From Acidobacterium sp. (GTDB taxonomy: Bacteria > Acidobacteriota > Terriglobia > Terriglobales > Acidobacteriaceae), in contig PMUI01000105.1 in the NCBI GenBank assembly GCA_003166955.1, forward strand, positions 46,048-110,047: a DNA stretch of 64,000 bases, read 5' to 3'. The notes below the pieces were generated by a model. That model was given only the letters and a program-made list of their open reading frames with translations. It was not told where the DNA came from and did no database searches. Both the position numbers and the translations under genes were made by a program. Each line of letters starts with the position of its first letter. Positions within the stretch are counted from its first letter, which is position 1. Positions 54,956-64,000 of the stretch are shown piece after piece.

Positions 54956-56319
54956 GTGCGCAAATTCCTGATTGTCGTTTTCATTCTCGTCGTCGTTGTC
55001 GTGGTGGTCGTCCTGGCGCGGACAGCGATGCCGGTCATCAGTGCGCCCTCACCAGTGAGTTTCCTTGGGCAGGCGACCCCGGTGGCGGTGCATGTGCAGG
55101 ATAAGCGTGGGCTGCGTGTGCTGCGTGCGTGGGTGGAGCAGGACGGCGGCCACTATGCCGTGGCGCAGGCGCCCGATCCGAATCGGTTCAAGGATGCAGA
55201 CTGGAAGTTCACAGCGGGCGTGCAGTCGGCTCCGCAGCTGAAGGACGGCAAGGCGCAACTGGTGGTCGAGGCCGTGTCGAACGATCTTCTGCGCCGGACG
55301 GGGCACTGGCAGTCGGACGTCAGGGTGGTGACGCGGCCGCCGAGCGTGACGGTGGATTCCGATCAGCACTACCTGTACCTGGGGATGGCGGACTTGGTCA
55401 CGTTCAGCGTGTCGGGGAGCTATACCGATGCCGGCGTACGCGTAAAGGACGAGACGTTTCGTGCGTGGCCGATGCCGGGCGGGAAGCCGGGTCTGTTTTC
55501 GCTGTTTGCGTTCGCGTGGAACATGACGCCGGATACAGTGCCGCTGGTGTACGCGGCGAATGGGCCGGGGAGCGAAGCTATTGGGACCATGGTGGTTCAG
55601 TTCCCGAAGAAGGAGCAGCCGCATTACACCACGCACGAACTGCAGGTGAGCGACGCGTTTCTCAATAAGGTGATCAACGAGCTGGATCCGAGCGGGTCGG
55701 GCGATCCGGTGGCGCGGTTTGTGAAGATCAACAACGAAATGCGCAAGGCGAATAATCAGACGCTGTTCGAGCTGCGGACGAAGACGGCGGATCATTTCCT
55801 GTGGTCGCAGGTGTTTCAGCGGCAATCGCACTCGCAGAATGAGTCAACGTTTGCGGATGTGCGGAACTACATCTATCACGGGCAGAAAATCGATCAGCAG
55901 GTGCACCTCGGCTACGACCTGGCGGTGACGCAGCACGTGGGTGTCGAGGCGTCGAACGACGGGCGCGTCGTGTATGCGGTGCCGCTGGGGATTTACGGCA
56001 ACTGCATCGTGCTCGATCACGGTTACGGACTGATGACTCTGTATGGGCACATGAGCCACATCGATGTGCACGAAGGCGACATGGTGAAGAAGGGCCAGGT
56101 AATGGGGAGAGCGGCATGACGGGGATGGCGGGTGGTGACCACATCCACTTCAGCATGCTGCTGGACGGAGTGCAGATCGATCCCAAGGAGTGGTGGGATC
56201 CGCACTGGATTCAGGATCATGTGGCGCGACGCGTGCCGATGGAATTCGACGCGTCGGCAGGCGGAGAGGCTGCGCCTGCCCATGCACCCAAGCCGCAGCG
56301 AGGACGCCACAAGCGATAG
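54956..56319 (+). pseudogene. M23 family metallopeptidase interrupted by a -1 frameshift at a G4 run just before the HxH motif
   Basis: ORF 54956..56119 ends ...KKGQVMGRAA*. ORF 56116..56319 begins MTGMAGGDHIHFSMLLDGVQIDP, the M23 C-terminal HxH motif. One extra G in gggg (56104-56107) gives GQVMGESGMTGMAGGDHIHF. Confidence 0.75.
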
Positions 56320-56326
56320 GACGCGC

Positions 56327-56764
56327 TCAGGCAGTTTTGGCGGCGAGCATCTCGCAGTGCTGCTTGAGGCTCTTCGCCTCGGTTTTCACGTAGTCGGCGA
56401 TGGTCTTCGCATTCATGCTGCCGAGAATTGCGCCCAGCAGGCCTTCGGTTGAGAAGGAAAGCTCGACCTCAGTGCCGGAGCCGTCAGAAGCCGTGAGACG
56501 GTGGTCGGCAATCATCGTGGCGCCTGGCGCTTTCTGCACCCAGGTAAAGGCCTGGTGCGGGACGCGCTCTGTTACCTCGTAGACGCCCGGGCGCAGCCTG
56601 GGCTGCGTCACGCGATACTTCGCCCCGATGCGGAAGCCATCGCGGGTGAGGGGCTCAACGTTGAGGACCGTGGGGGTCCAGGTGGGCCAGCGCTCGACGT
56701 CGGCGAGGACCTGCCAAATAGCGGCTGGGCTGGCGTTGATCACGACGCGCTCGACGGTCTGCAT
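56327..56764 (-). CDS. SRPBCC (polyketide cyclase/dehydrase-like) family protein
   Basis: 145 aa from the ATG at 56764. MQTVERVVINASPAAIWQVLADVERWPTWTP. Confidence 0.75.
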   Translation of the reverse strand: MQTVERVVINASPAAIWQVLADVERWPTWTPTVLNVEPLTRDGFRIGAKYRVTQPRLRPGVYEVTERVPHQAFTWVQKAPGATMIADHRLTASDGSGTEVELSFSTEGLLGAILGSMNAKTIADYVKTEAKSLKQHCEMLAAKTA

Positions 56765-56883
56765 AAGGAGGAGCTCCTTCGGAGATATTCGGCCACACGG
56801 CCTTAGACCGGGATACGCAGAAACGGTTAGGGAGGTTCCCGGGAGTTCGTGGAAGGCCAAAATCCCGCCGTAGCTGTTGCTGA

Positions 56884-58590
56884 TTAATGAGGGGCGGGGA
56901 TTGCAGCGAACCAGCGCGCGAGCATGGCGTGAACCTGGGGGCCATTCCTTCCCGGGATTTCGAAGCGCCAGCGGCGGCCACCGGATTCAACAACGACATC
57001 GCCCTCGATGGAACCGATCTGATCGCGCGTCAGCGTGAAGGAGTGGACACTCGAGTTGAAGCTCAGGATTTCCGGCTTGAACTGCAGAGTGCCGGCGCAG
57101 AATCCGCCAAAACGATGGAGGTGGTGCGCCTCGAAACTGGGGGCGGCGGCGTAGGCGCGGCGGAATGAGACCACGGCCGGAACGTGAGCCGCGTCCGGCG
57201 AAGGTCCAGCGGAGGTTCCGGCGTCGGCCTCGAAGGATGAAGTGGCCGGAGCAGGTGGTGCGATTGGCGGAGCCGGCGTGCTGGTGTTGTTGGCGGAGGT
57301 TTTCGGGACGACGGCGGAAGGCTTGGGCGTGGACGCCGAAGGTTTGGCCGGGGCGGACTTGAGCTCTGGGGCCGGCGTGGGGACAGTCGCCGCAGGCAAC
57401 GTCGGCGGAGGCGCCGGCTTCGGATTTGTCGCAGTATTCGTTACTGATGGCGCAGTACCGGCGGAAATTGTAACAGCGCCTGATCTCTTTCGCGCATAAT
57501 ATCCGATTCCTGCAATCGCAGAAGCAGTGACAAGAAGGACTGCGATGCCCCCGATGAACCACGCGGGACGAAAGCGCCTGCCCGCGGGTCGCGGCGGCAC
57601 GAGGTGGAGCGGCGCCGGCGCGGGGGCCGGGTAGGCGCTGGCGGCAGGTTCCGCGGAGCCGACGCGCTTCATTCCGGGATAAGCCGCGGTGGTGGGCATA
57701 TGGGCCACGGTGGCGTGCATGCCGGACGTCGTGCGCTGCAGCCGGCGCAGGTCGGCGCGAAGATCGGAGGCCGACTGATAGCGGAGATCGCGATCCTTCT
57801 CCAGAGACTTGTTGAGGAGGTTCTCGAATTCGTGCGGCAGATTGTGATTCAGCGCAGAGGCCGAGGGCGGATGGTAGTTGAGCAGCTTGTCAAAGACGAC
57901 CGCGCTGGTGGTTCCGCTGAACGGGTGGTTGGCCGTGGCCATCTCGTAAAGGACGACGCCGAGAGAAAACAGGTCGCTGCGCGCATCGAGGGATTCGCCG
58001 CGCGCCTGCTCGGGAGACATGTAGGCGACCGTGCCGAGCGTGGCGCCGGAGCGGGTGAGCTTGTCGCGTTCGGAGATGCCCGATCCAGTGGAGTCGCTGG
58101 GAGCTAGGTCATCAATGCGTGCGAGGCCGAAGTCCAGAATCTTAGCCTGGCCGGATGCGGTCACGAAAATGTTGGCGGGCTTGATGTCGCGATGGAGGAT
58201 ACCCTTGCGGTGCGCCGCGTCGAGCGCGTCGGCGAGTTGGATACCGATTTCGGTCAGGCGATCGAGCGGAGCTGGGCGGCCCGCATAGAGGCGGTCGAGG
58301 CTCTGGCCGTCGAGCAGCTCCATCACGAGGTAGGGCTGGCCGTTGATCTCATCGATCTCGTGAATGACGCAGATGCCCGGGTGGTTGAGCGAGGAAGCGA
58401 TGCGCGCCTCGCGGTAGAAGCGCTCGAGCGCGGAGGGTTCCGGCGAGTCGCTCCCGCTGATGAGTTTCAGCGCCACGTGGCGGCCAAGGCGGAGATCTTC
58501 AGCTTCGTAGACCACACCCATCCCGCCCGCGCCGATGGGGCGCAGAACCTTGTAATGGCCAAGGGTCGAGCCGGGCTGGAGTTGATCCAT
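56884..58590 (-). CDS. Serine/threonine protein kinase with TM helix, Pro/Thr-rich spacer and uncharacterised extracytoplasmic C-terminal domain
   Basis: 568 aa from the ATG at 58590. Motifs: [36 protein letters not shown]. Confidence 0.9.
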   Translation of the reverse strand: MDQLQPGSTLGHYKVLRPIGAGGMGVVYEAEDLRLGRHVALKLISGSDSPEPSALERFYREARIASSLNHPGICVIHEIDEINGQPYLVMELLDGQSLDRLYAGRPAPLDRLTEIGIQLADALDAAHRKGILHRDIKPANIFVTASGQAKILDFGLARIDDLAPSDSTGSGISERDKLTRSGATLGTVAYMSPEQARGESLDARSDLFSLGVVLYEMATANHPFSGTTSAVVFDKLLNYHPPSASALNHNLPHEFENLLNKSLEKDRDLRYQSASDLRADLRRLQRTTSGMHATVAHMPTTAAYPGMKRVGSAEPAASAYPAPAPAPLHLVPPRPAGRRFRPAWFIGGIAVLLVTASAIAGIGYYARKRSGAVTISAGTAPSVTNTATNPKPAPPPTLPAATVPTPAPELKSAPAKPSASTPKPSAVVPKTSANNTSTPAPPIAPPAPATSSFEADAGTSAGPSPDAAHVPAVVSFRRAYAAAPSFEAHHLHRFGGFCAGTLQFKPEILSFNSSVHSFTLTRDQIGSIEGDVVVESGGRRWRFEIPGRNGPQVHAMLARWFAAIPAPH

Positions 58591-58602
58591 CGAAACACTA
58601 TG

Positions 58603-58703
58603 AGACAGGCAACGGGCAATAGGCAACAGGGAATAGAGAACCGGGCACCGAGAACCGGGCACCGAGCACCGGGCACCACAGGCCGCGGGGGGACAGGGCA
58701 CAC
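58603..58703 (+). repeat. Longest heptamer-periodic array, including a perfect 14-mer tandem duplication
   Basis: ...aggcaac gggcaat aggcaac agggaat agagaac cgggcac cgagaac cgggcac cgagcac cgggcac... GAACCGGGCACCGA occurs at 58638-58651 and 58652-58665. Lies between the divergent kinase and deacetylase starts. Confidence 0.8.
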
Positions 58704-58755
58704 AAGACGGGCGGGCCTGGATTGCACGTATACTTCGATTCTGTTTGGAGGGGTG

Positions 58756-59688
58756 ATGGGCTCCTGGTTGGGTTTGGGACGGCTTTGTTGGTGGGGCGTG
58801 GTGTTGATGTGTGGGCTGGGGATGGCAGGAGTGAGCGCCGGGGCGCAGCAGATTGCGTTTACGTTTGACGATTTGCCGGCGCATGGGCCGCTGCCCCCGG
58901 GCGAGACGCGGATGGAGGTGGCGACGCAGCTCATTAAGGCGCTGAAGAAGGCGCACATGCCGCCCATATACGGATTCGTGAACGGCGTCGCGGTGGAGCA
59001 GCATCCCGAAACCGGGGCGGTGCTGTCGGCCTGGCGGGAGGCAGGCAATCCGCTGGGGAACCACACGTGGTCGCACATGAACCTGAATCAGAATTCGCTA
59101 ATGCAATACGAAGAGGACACCGAGAAAAATGTCAGTCTGCTGGCACTGCAGATGAAGGACGCAGACTGGAAGTGGTTCCGGTATCCGTTTCTCGCGGAGG
59201 GAGACACGGCGGCGAAGAAGATGGGTTTCCGGGTGTATCTGGCGGAGCATGGGTACAGGATCGCGGGAGTGACGGCGAGCTTTGCCGACTATGAGTGGAA
59301 TGAGCCGTACGCGCGGTGCAGCGCGAAGGGCGACAGGAGGGCGATCCGCTGGCTGGAGAAGAGCTATTTGGCGGCGGCGGATGAGGACATCGGATACCGG
59401 CGCGCGATGTCGCAGCAGCTGTACGGCCGGGAGATTCCGTATGTGCTGCTGATGCACATTGGTGCGCTGGACGCGCGAATGGCGCCGCGGCTGTTCAAGC
59501 TGTATCAGTCGCGGGGGTTCTCTTTTGTCACGCTGGAAGAGGCGGAGAAGGATCCCTTTTACAAATATGATGTCGATCCGAAGCTGCTGCCGGGGCCGGA
59601 CACGCTGGAAGGGGCGATATTCGAGAGGCATCTGCCGCTGCCGCAGAAGAAGGATTACTCGGCGGAGCTGGCAGCGGTCTGTAAATGA
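58756..59688 (+). CDS. Polysaccharide deacetylase (NodB-homology) family protein
   Basis: 310 aa from the ATG at 58756 with GGAGGGG upstream. Signal peptide, [19 protein letters not shown]. Confidence 0.75.
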   Translation: MGSWLGLGRLCWWGVVLMCGLGMAGVSAGAQQIAFTFDDLPAHGPLPPGETRMEVATQLIKALKKAHMPPIYGFVNGVAVEQHPETGAVLSAWREAGNPLGNHTWSHMNLNQNSLMQYEEDTEKNVSLLALQMKDADWKWFRYPFLAEGDTAAKKMGFRVYLAEHGYRIAGVTASFADYEWNEPYARCSAKGDRRAIRWLEKSYLAAADEDIGYRRAMSQQLYGREIPYVLLMHIGALDARMAPRLFKLYQSRGFSFVTLEEAEKDPFYKYDVDPKLLPGPDTLEGAIFERHLPLPQKKDYSAELAAVCK

Positions 59689-59790
59689 GCGGATTAATGT
59701 GCGGCTTCTGGCTTTGCAAAAGTTCGGCTGAAGTCGCTTGCAAAAAGCGAGATGGCTGCTTCCGGGGGCCGCTCCTGCAAGTCCAACCAG

Positions 59791-59820
59791 CGTACTGCGC
59801 TGTACCGTACTGCGCTGTAC
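59791..59820 (+). repeat. Perfect 15-bp tandem duplication (CGTACTGCGCTGTAC x2)
   Basis: 59791-59805 is identical to 59806-59820. Intergenic, upstream of the SurA-like gene. Confidence 0.85.
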
Positions 59821-59913
59821 AATGACACAAGCGCCAGCACAAAACGACGAAGCGACAGGGCCGGAAGATGGCTGGTTGGGCGGATCGTGGCGGGCGCAGA
59901 GACGTTGATCCCT

Positions 59914-61800
59914 ATGATGCATCGAGTTTCGCGATTTCCTGCCATGCTGGCTGCCGGCGTGGCCTTGTCGTTTGCCGCCGGCTCCGTCGTCCCTAGCTTC
60001 GCGCAGAACCGCGGGTCGAATTACGCCGATGTGACCACGCAGCGGACCACGCAATCGCCCTATCAGGGGACGGTGGTGGAAGATATTGTGGCGATGGTGG
60101 ACGACCAGGCGATCAGCAAGTCGGACTACGATCGTGCCCTGCATGAGATGGACCAGGAAGCGCAACAGCAGGGCTGGACGCAGCAGCAGCTGATGGAGCA
60201 GCGGCGCGATCTGCTGCGTTCGCTCATCGACAAGCAGCTCATGCTGGCGAAGGGGAAGGACCTGGGCATCAACGGCGAGACCGAAGTGGTCAAGCGGCTC
60301 GATGAGATGCGCAAACAGTACCACATGGACTCGATGGAGGACCTGCAGAAGGCGGCCGAGGCGCAGGGGGTTTCGTTCGAGGATCTGAAAGAGCAGATTC
60401 GCGAGAACGTGATTACGTCGACCGTGATCAGCCAGGAGGTTGGGCACAAGATCGACATCTCGCCGTCGGAGGTGCAGGTCTACTACAACGCGCACCTGCA
60501 GGACTTTCAGCGTCCGGAGCAGGTGAAGCTGAGCGAGATTCTGATCCCCACGCCGCATCCAGACGATGCGGCGCAGGCGGCAGACGCACAGAAGAAGGCG
60601 GACGCCCTCGAGGGTCGGCTGAAGGCAGGCGCAGATTTTGCGACGGTGGCCAAGGCGGACTCCGGTGGGCCAACCGCTGCCGAGGGCGGGAGACTGGGCG
60701 ATTACAAGCGCGGCGACCTGCCGAAAGTGATGGAGGACGCGACCTTCAATTTGCGGCCGGGACAGTTCGCGCCGCCGATCCGGACCAAACAGGGCTGGCT
60801 GATTCTCGAAGTCACAGACCACTCCGCGGGTGGAGTGACGCCGCTGGTCGACGTGCAGAACGACATCCAGGAAAAGATCGGGATGACGAAGATGGAGCCG
60901 GCCATGCGCGCCTATCTGGCGAAACTGCGCGATGAGGCGGCCATCGAGGTGCGCGCGCCGTATTCGGATTCCGGTGCGACAGCGAACGAGATTAAGTTTA
61001 TCGAGGGCGCGTACCAGCCCCCGCAGGCAAAGAAGAAGAAACAGGTGGATCGGACACGGTTCCGGCAGCTGCCACAGCGGAAGGAGAGGCAGACGGCCAC
61101 CACGACTGCGGCGCCGCCCGCGGGTGTTCCAACCCTGGATCAGGTGAACGCGCAGAAAGGCGCACCGGTGCAGGTGGCGAGCGCAAAGACCGGTACGGAA
61201 AAGCCGGGGAAGAGGGAGAAGATCCGCTTCGGTCAGGCGCCGCGGGAGACGCTGCCCGCGGGCGATACGAGGCAGGTGGATGCGGGATCGAATTCTGTAG
61301 CGGCAGAGGCGCAGCCTCCGGCGGATCAGCAGATCGCGTCGAACGCGCCGGCGGGGAATGCGGTGGTGACGAATGCAGAGGGCAACGTCATCAACAACGG
61401 CAGCGACACCGAGAAGACGACGAAATCGCGATTCTCCGACCGCATGAAGGAGCCGAAGCAGAAGCAGGCGCAGGACAAGGCGGCGAAGAAGAAACAGAAA
61501 TTTGTGCCGCCCAAAGAGACGCCGGAGCAACTGGCAGAGGACAAGCAACAGCAGGCGGCGGTGGGTCTGAACGGCGATACCACGAAGCAGAAGAAGCCCG
61601 ATCTCGCGAAGACCGGACCGAAGCGCCGGATGGGCGACGAGGACAAGAACGGACAAGGTGCGGGGGCGAATGGATCAGGCGCGAACGGATCGGGGACCAG
61701 CGGAACAGGAACGCCAACCCCGCCGCCGAGCACGCCGCCAGCGTCGCCAAGTGGCACGCCTCCGGCGCAGACACCACCAGCGAGCCAGCCGCAGATTTAG
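59914..61800 (+). CDS. SurA-like peptidyl-prolyl isomerase (SurA N-domain + parvulin) with long low-complexity C-terminal tail
   Basis: 628 aa from the ATG at 59914. Signal peptide, IVAMVDDQAISKSDYDRAL, and parvulin KLSEILI...GGRLGDYKRGDLPKVMEDATFNLRPGQFAPPIRTKQGWLILEV. The tail is rich in K/Q/P/A/G/T. Confidence 0.8.
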   Translation: MMHRVSRFPAMLAAGVALSFAAGSVVPSFAQNRGSNYADVTTQRTTQSPYQGTVVEDIVAMVDDQAISKSDYDRALHEMDQEAQQQGWTQQQLMEQRRDLLRSLIDKQLMLAKGKDLGINGETEVVKRLDEMRKQYHMDSMEDLQKAAEAQGVSFEDLKEQIRENVITSTVISQEVGHKIDISPSEVQVYYNAHLQDFQRPEQVKLSEILIPTPHPDDAAQAADAQKKADALEGRLKAGADFATVAKADSGGPTAAEGGRLGDYKRGDLPKVMEDATFNLRPGQFAPPIRTKQGWLILEVTDHSAGGVTPLVDVQNDIQEKIGMTKMEPAMRAYLAKLRDEAAIEVRAPYSDSGATANEIKFIEGAYQPPQAKKKKQVDRTRFRQLPQRKERQTATTTAAPPAGVPTLDQVNAQKGAPVQVASAKTGTEKPGKREKIRFGQAPRETLPAGDTRQVDAGSNSVAAEAQPPADQQIASNAPAGNAVVTNAEGNVINNGSDTEKTTKSRFSDRMKEPKQKQAQDKAAKKKQKFVPPKETPEQLAEDKQQQAAVGLNGDTTKQKKPDLAKTGPKRRMGDEDKNGQGAGANGSGANGSGTSGTGTPTPPPSTPPASPSGTPPAQTPPASQPQI

Positions 61801-61809
61801 TCCACAAAG

Positions 61810-62910
61810 ATGAAAGAACCGATGGTGGCCGATCTCGGGAGCCGGGAGAACCGGGAAATTACCGGGTTTTTCGTGACGGGATTGAAGCAGGTGCGCACAG
61901 GCCGCGATGGCGGGCGCTACTTAGCGCTGACGCTGGTCGATCGCACGGGACAGATTGACGCGCGGATGTGGGAGCTCGACGAAGCCGGTGAGTTTGAAGC
62001 CGGCGACGTGGTGAAGGTGCTCGGCGAGGTCTACCGGTTCAACGAAAAGCTGCAGATCAAGGTGAAGAAGATTCGCCGCGCGACGACCGGCGAGTACGAT
62101 CTGAGCGATTTTGTTCCGCAGTCGCAACGCGACATCGGGGAGATGTGGGCGGAGTTGCAGGGTTGGGTAGCCAGCTTCCATGATCACGACCTGAAAGCCC
62201 TGCTGCAGGCGTTCCTGAACGATGCATCGATCGCGGGGCCGCTGAAGGAGGCTCCAGCAGCGAAAGGGCTGCACCACGCGTGGATTGGTGGGCTGCTGGA
62301 ACACATCCTGTCGCTGATGGGGATGTGCGAGCTGGCGGCGCAACATTATCCCGAGGCGAACCGCGACCTGCTGCTGACCGGCGTGGTGCTGCACGACATA
62401 GGCAAGCTGCGCGAGCTGAGCTGGGGGACGAGCTTCGACTATACGCTGGAAGGCCAGCTGCTGGGCCACATCACCATTGGGATTGGGATGATCGAGCAGA
62501 AGATCGCCGGCATTCCGAATTTTCCCGCGGCCAAGCGACTTCTGGTGGAGCATCTGGTGCTCAGCCATCACGGGGAATACGAGTTTGGTTCGCCGAAGCT
62601 CCCCATGACGTCGGAGGCGATCCTGCTGCACTACCTCGACAATCTGGATGCGAAGATGCAGACGGTGCGCAACGAGTTGGCGCGCGCGGAGGCGAATGGG
62701 CGTTCGGGCACCGAGATGACAGAGTGGGTGCGGCCGCTGGAGCGGCAGTTGCTGAACACGCAGGCCTTCCTCGCAACCGCGGAGTCGGCCGGTGTTGAGA
62801 AGGCGCAGGAGCCGCCGGCAGTCGTGGACCAAACGAAACTGGCGCCGAATAACGGGAAGCGCGAAGAGCGAGAGGAAGAGAGAAACCATGCCCTACCTTT
62901 TGAAGACTGA
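61810..62910 (+). CDS. OB-fold + HD domain phosphohydrolase (YhaM-like 3'-5' exoribonuclease family)
   Basis: 366 aa. N-terminal OB fold (YLALTLVDRTGQIDARMWE) and HD domain (HHAWIGGLLEHILS...VLHDIGK...LSHHGEYEFGSP). Confidence 0.8.
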   Translation: MKEPMVADLGSRENREITGFFVTGLKQVRTGRDGGRYLALTLVDRTGQIDARMWELDEAGEFEAGDVVKVLGEVYRFNEKLQIKVKKIRRATTGEYDLSDFVPQSQRDIGEMWAELQGWVASFHDHDLKALLQAFLNDASIAGPLKEAPAAKGLHHAWIGGLLEHILSLMGMCELAAQHYPEANRDLLLTGVVLHDIGKLRELSWGTSFDYTLEGQLLGHITIGIGMIEQKIAGIPNFPAAKRLLVEHLVLSHHGEYEFGSPKLPMTSEAILLHYLDNLDAKMQTVRNELARAEANGRSGTEMTEWVRPLERQLLNTQAFLATAESAGVEKAQEPPAVVDQTKLAPNNGKREEREEERNHALPFED

Positions 62911-63265
62911 GCCGGGAACTTATTCGGTGGACGACCTGGAGCGCGAGAGCGAGACGCTGTGGGATGGCGTGTCGAATCCGGTGGCGGTGAAGAATCTGGC
63001 GGGGCTGCAGCGCGGCGAGATGCTGGTGATCTATCACACCGGCGATGAGAAGCGGACAGTGGGGCTGGCGAAGGTAGTTTCGGTGGATGCGAGCGATCCG
63101 AAGAACCCGCAGGTGCGGATCAAATTTGTGAAAAAGACGAAGACGCCGCGGATGCTGGCAGAGATCAAGGCGCAGAAGATCTTTGCCGACTCGCCGCTGG
63201 TGCGGCAGGGACGGCTGTCGGTCGTCCCGCTGACCGAGGCGCAGTACGCCTGGATCGCCGAGTAA
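62888..63265 (+). CDS. EVE (PUA-like, DUF55) domain-containing protein
   Basis: 125 aa from the ATG at 62888. MPYLLKTEPGTYSVDDLERE...WDGVSNPVAVKNLAGLQRGEMLVIYHTG. Overlaps the upstream gene by 23 nt. Confidence 0.8.
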   Translation: MPYLLKTEPGTYSVDDLERESETLWDGVSNPVAVKNLAGLQRGEMLVIYHTGDEKRTVGLAKVVSVDASDPKNPQVRIKFVKKTKTPRMLAEIKAQKIFADSPLVRQGRLSVVPLTEAQYAWIAE

Positions 63266-63291
63266 CGCGGCGGGCGGAGTTGCAGTAGCGG

Positions 63292-63316
63292 GTCGCGCCG
63301 GCGCGACGGATTTATG
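63292..63316 (+). terminator. Terminator-like palindrome after the EVE gene
   Basis: gtcgcg-ccgg-cgcgac hairpin (6 bp) followed by ggaTTTaTggTT. Confidence 0.35.
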
Positions 63317-63354
63317 GTTCATTCATCTACAATCGAAACGGGAATTAGGCGAGA

Positions 63355-64000
63355 ATGCTGCGTTTTTCCACTGCCGGCGAGTCCCATGGGGAGAGCCTCG
63401 TAGCCCTTCTGTCAGGCATGCCTGCGGGCGTGCCCGTCGATGAGGCGCGCGTGAATCGCGACCTGTGGCGGCGGCAGCAGGGCTATGGGCGCGGCGGGCG
63501 CATGCGCATCGAGACAGACACAGCGCATTTCCTCAGCGGTGTGCGGCACGGCAAAACGATCGGCTCTCCCATCGCAATTGAAATTGAGAATCGCGACTGG
63601 AAGAACTGGACCGAGGCCCTGCCGGTCGGGGCGGGCGATCCGGCGAAGCACAAGGCAGTGGCGTCGCCGCGCCCGGGACACGCGGACTTGGCGGGCGCGC
63701 TGAAGTTCGATTTTCCTGATGCGCGCTACGTCCTCGAACGGGCTTCGGCGCGGGAGTCGGCGGCGCGGGTTGCGGCGGGTGCCGTCGCGAAGCAGCTGTT
63801 GCTGGAGCTAGGGATCGATGTGGCGAGCCATGTGATCCGCGTCGGTGCGGCGGAACTCGAGCGCGATGCCACCTGGGATGAAATCGCCGCACTGCGGGCG
63901 AAGGATGAGATCCTGCTGAACTGCGTCGATGCCGAGGCGGAGTTGCGCATGAAGGCCGAAGTGGACGCGGTGCTGCGGACTGGCGATACGGTGGGCGGCG
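63355..64000 (+). CDS. aroC: Chorismate synthase (3' end outside window)
   Basis: My own translation from ATG 63355: MLRFSTAGESHGESLVALLSGMPAGVPVDEARVNRDLWRRQQGYGRGGRMRIETDTAHFLSGVRHGKTIGSPIAIEIENRDW... Open to the window end, so absent from the ORF track. Confidence 0.92.
   Translation, partial: MLRFSTAGESHGESLVALLSGMPAGVPVDEARVNRDLWRRQQGYGRGGRMRIETDTAHFLSGVRHGKTIGSPIAIEIENRDWKNWTEALPVGAGDPAKHKAVASPRPGHADLAGALKFDFPDARYVLERASARESAARVAAGAVAKQLLLELGIDVASHVIRVGAAELERDATWDEIAALRAKDEILLNCVDAEAELRMKAEVDAVLRTGDTVGG

Noticed and set aside
58603-58703. CRISPR array
   Set aside because: The repeat unit is only 7-14 nt, the copies are contiguous with no unique spacers, and no cas genes are in the window.

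Overview
High-GC bacterial chromosomal segment. Spot counts of 60-nt lines give about 65-68% G+C in core genes. It most resembles an Acidobacteriota (Terriglobia-like) genome; this is inferred from a TIGR03436-style VWFA protein, acidobacterial-style TonB and DUF3857 proteins, and heptamer intergenic repeats. I can support about 59 protein-coding genes, one tRNA-Lys(UUU), a few intrinsic-terminator hairpins and promoter-like sites, and a dispersed family of heptanucleotide-periodic intergenic repeats. Core content: ABC-2 exporter, glyA, aa3-type cytochrome oxidase (coxB-ctaD-subunit III) directly downstream of pdxT, pdxS, galT, rplS, rnhB, malic enzyme, a SurA-like PPIase and aroC (3' end cut by the window). 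The most notable locus (21.9-32.4 kb) is a compact cellulose-synthase operon: BcsQ with a long N-terminal extension, a fused BcsA-BcsB, and BcsC. It is followed by two tandem DUF3857/transglutaminase-like paralogs and a convergent orphan CsgG-like gene. Other points of interest: a histidine kinase whose H-box His codon reads Gln, translationally coupled to a stand-alone KdpD N-terminal protein; a low-GC islet with PadR, a truncated atypical sugar transferase and an orphan RHH antitoxin-like gene; and three single-nucleotide frameshifts, all at short homopolymers, which argues for assembly indels over true pseudogenes. No CRISPR array, IS element, integrase or rRNA was seen. Many long ORFs in the six-frame track are antisense shadows typical of high-GC DNA and were not called. 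All functional calls come from my own recognition of motifs in the translations; no searches were run.
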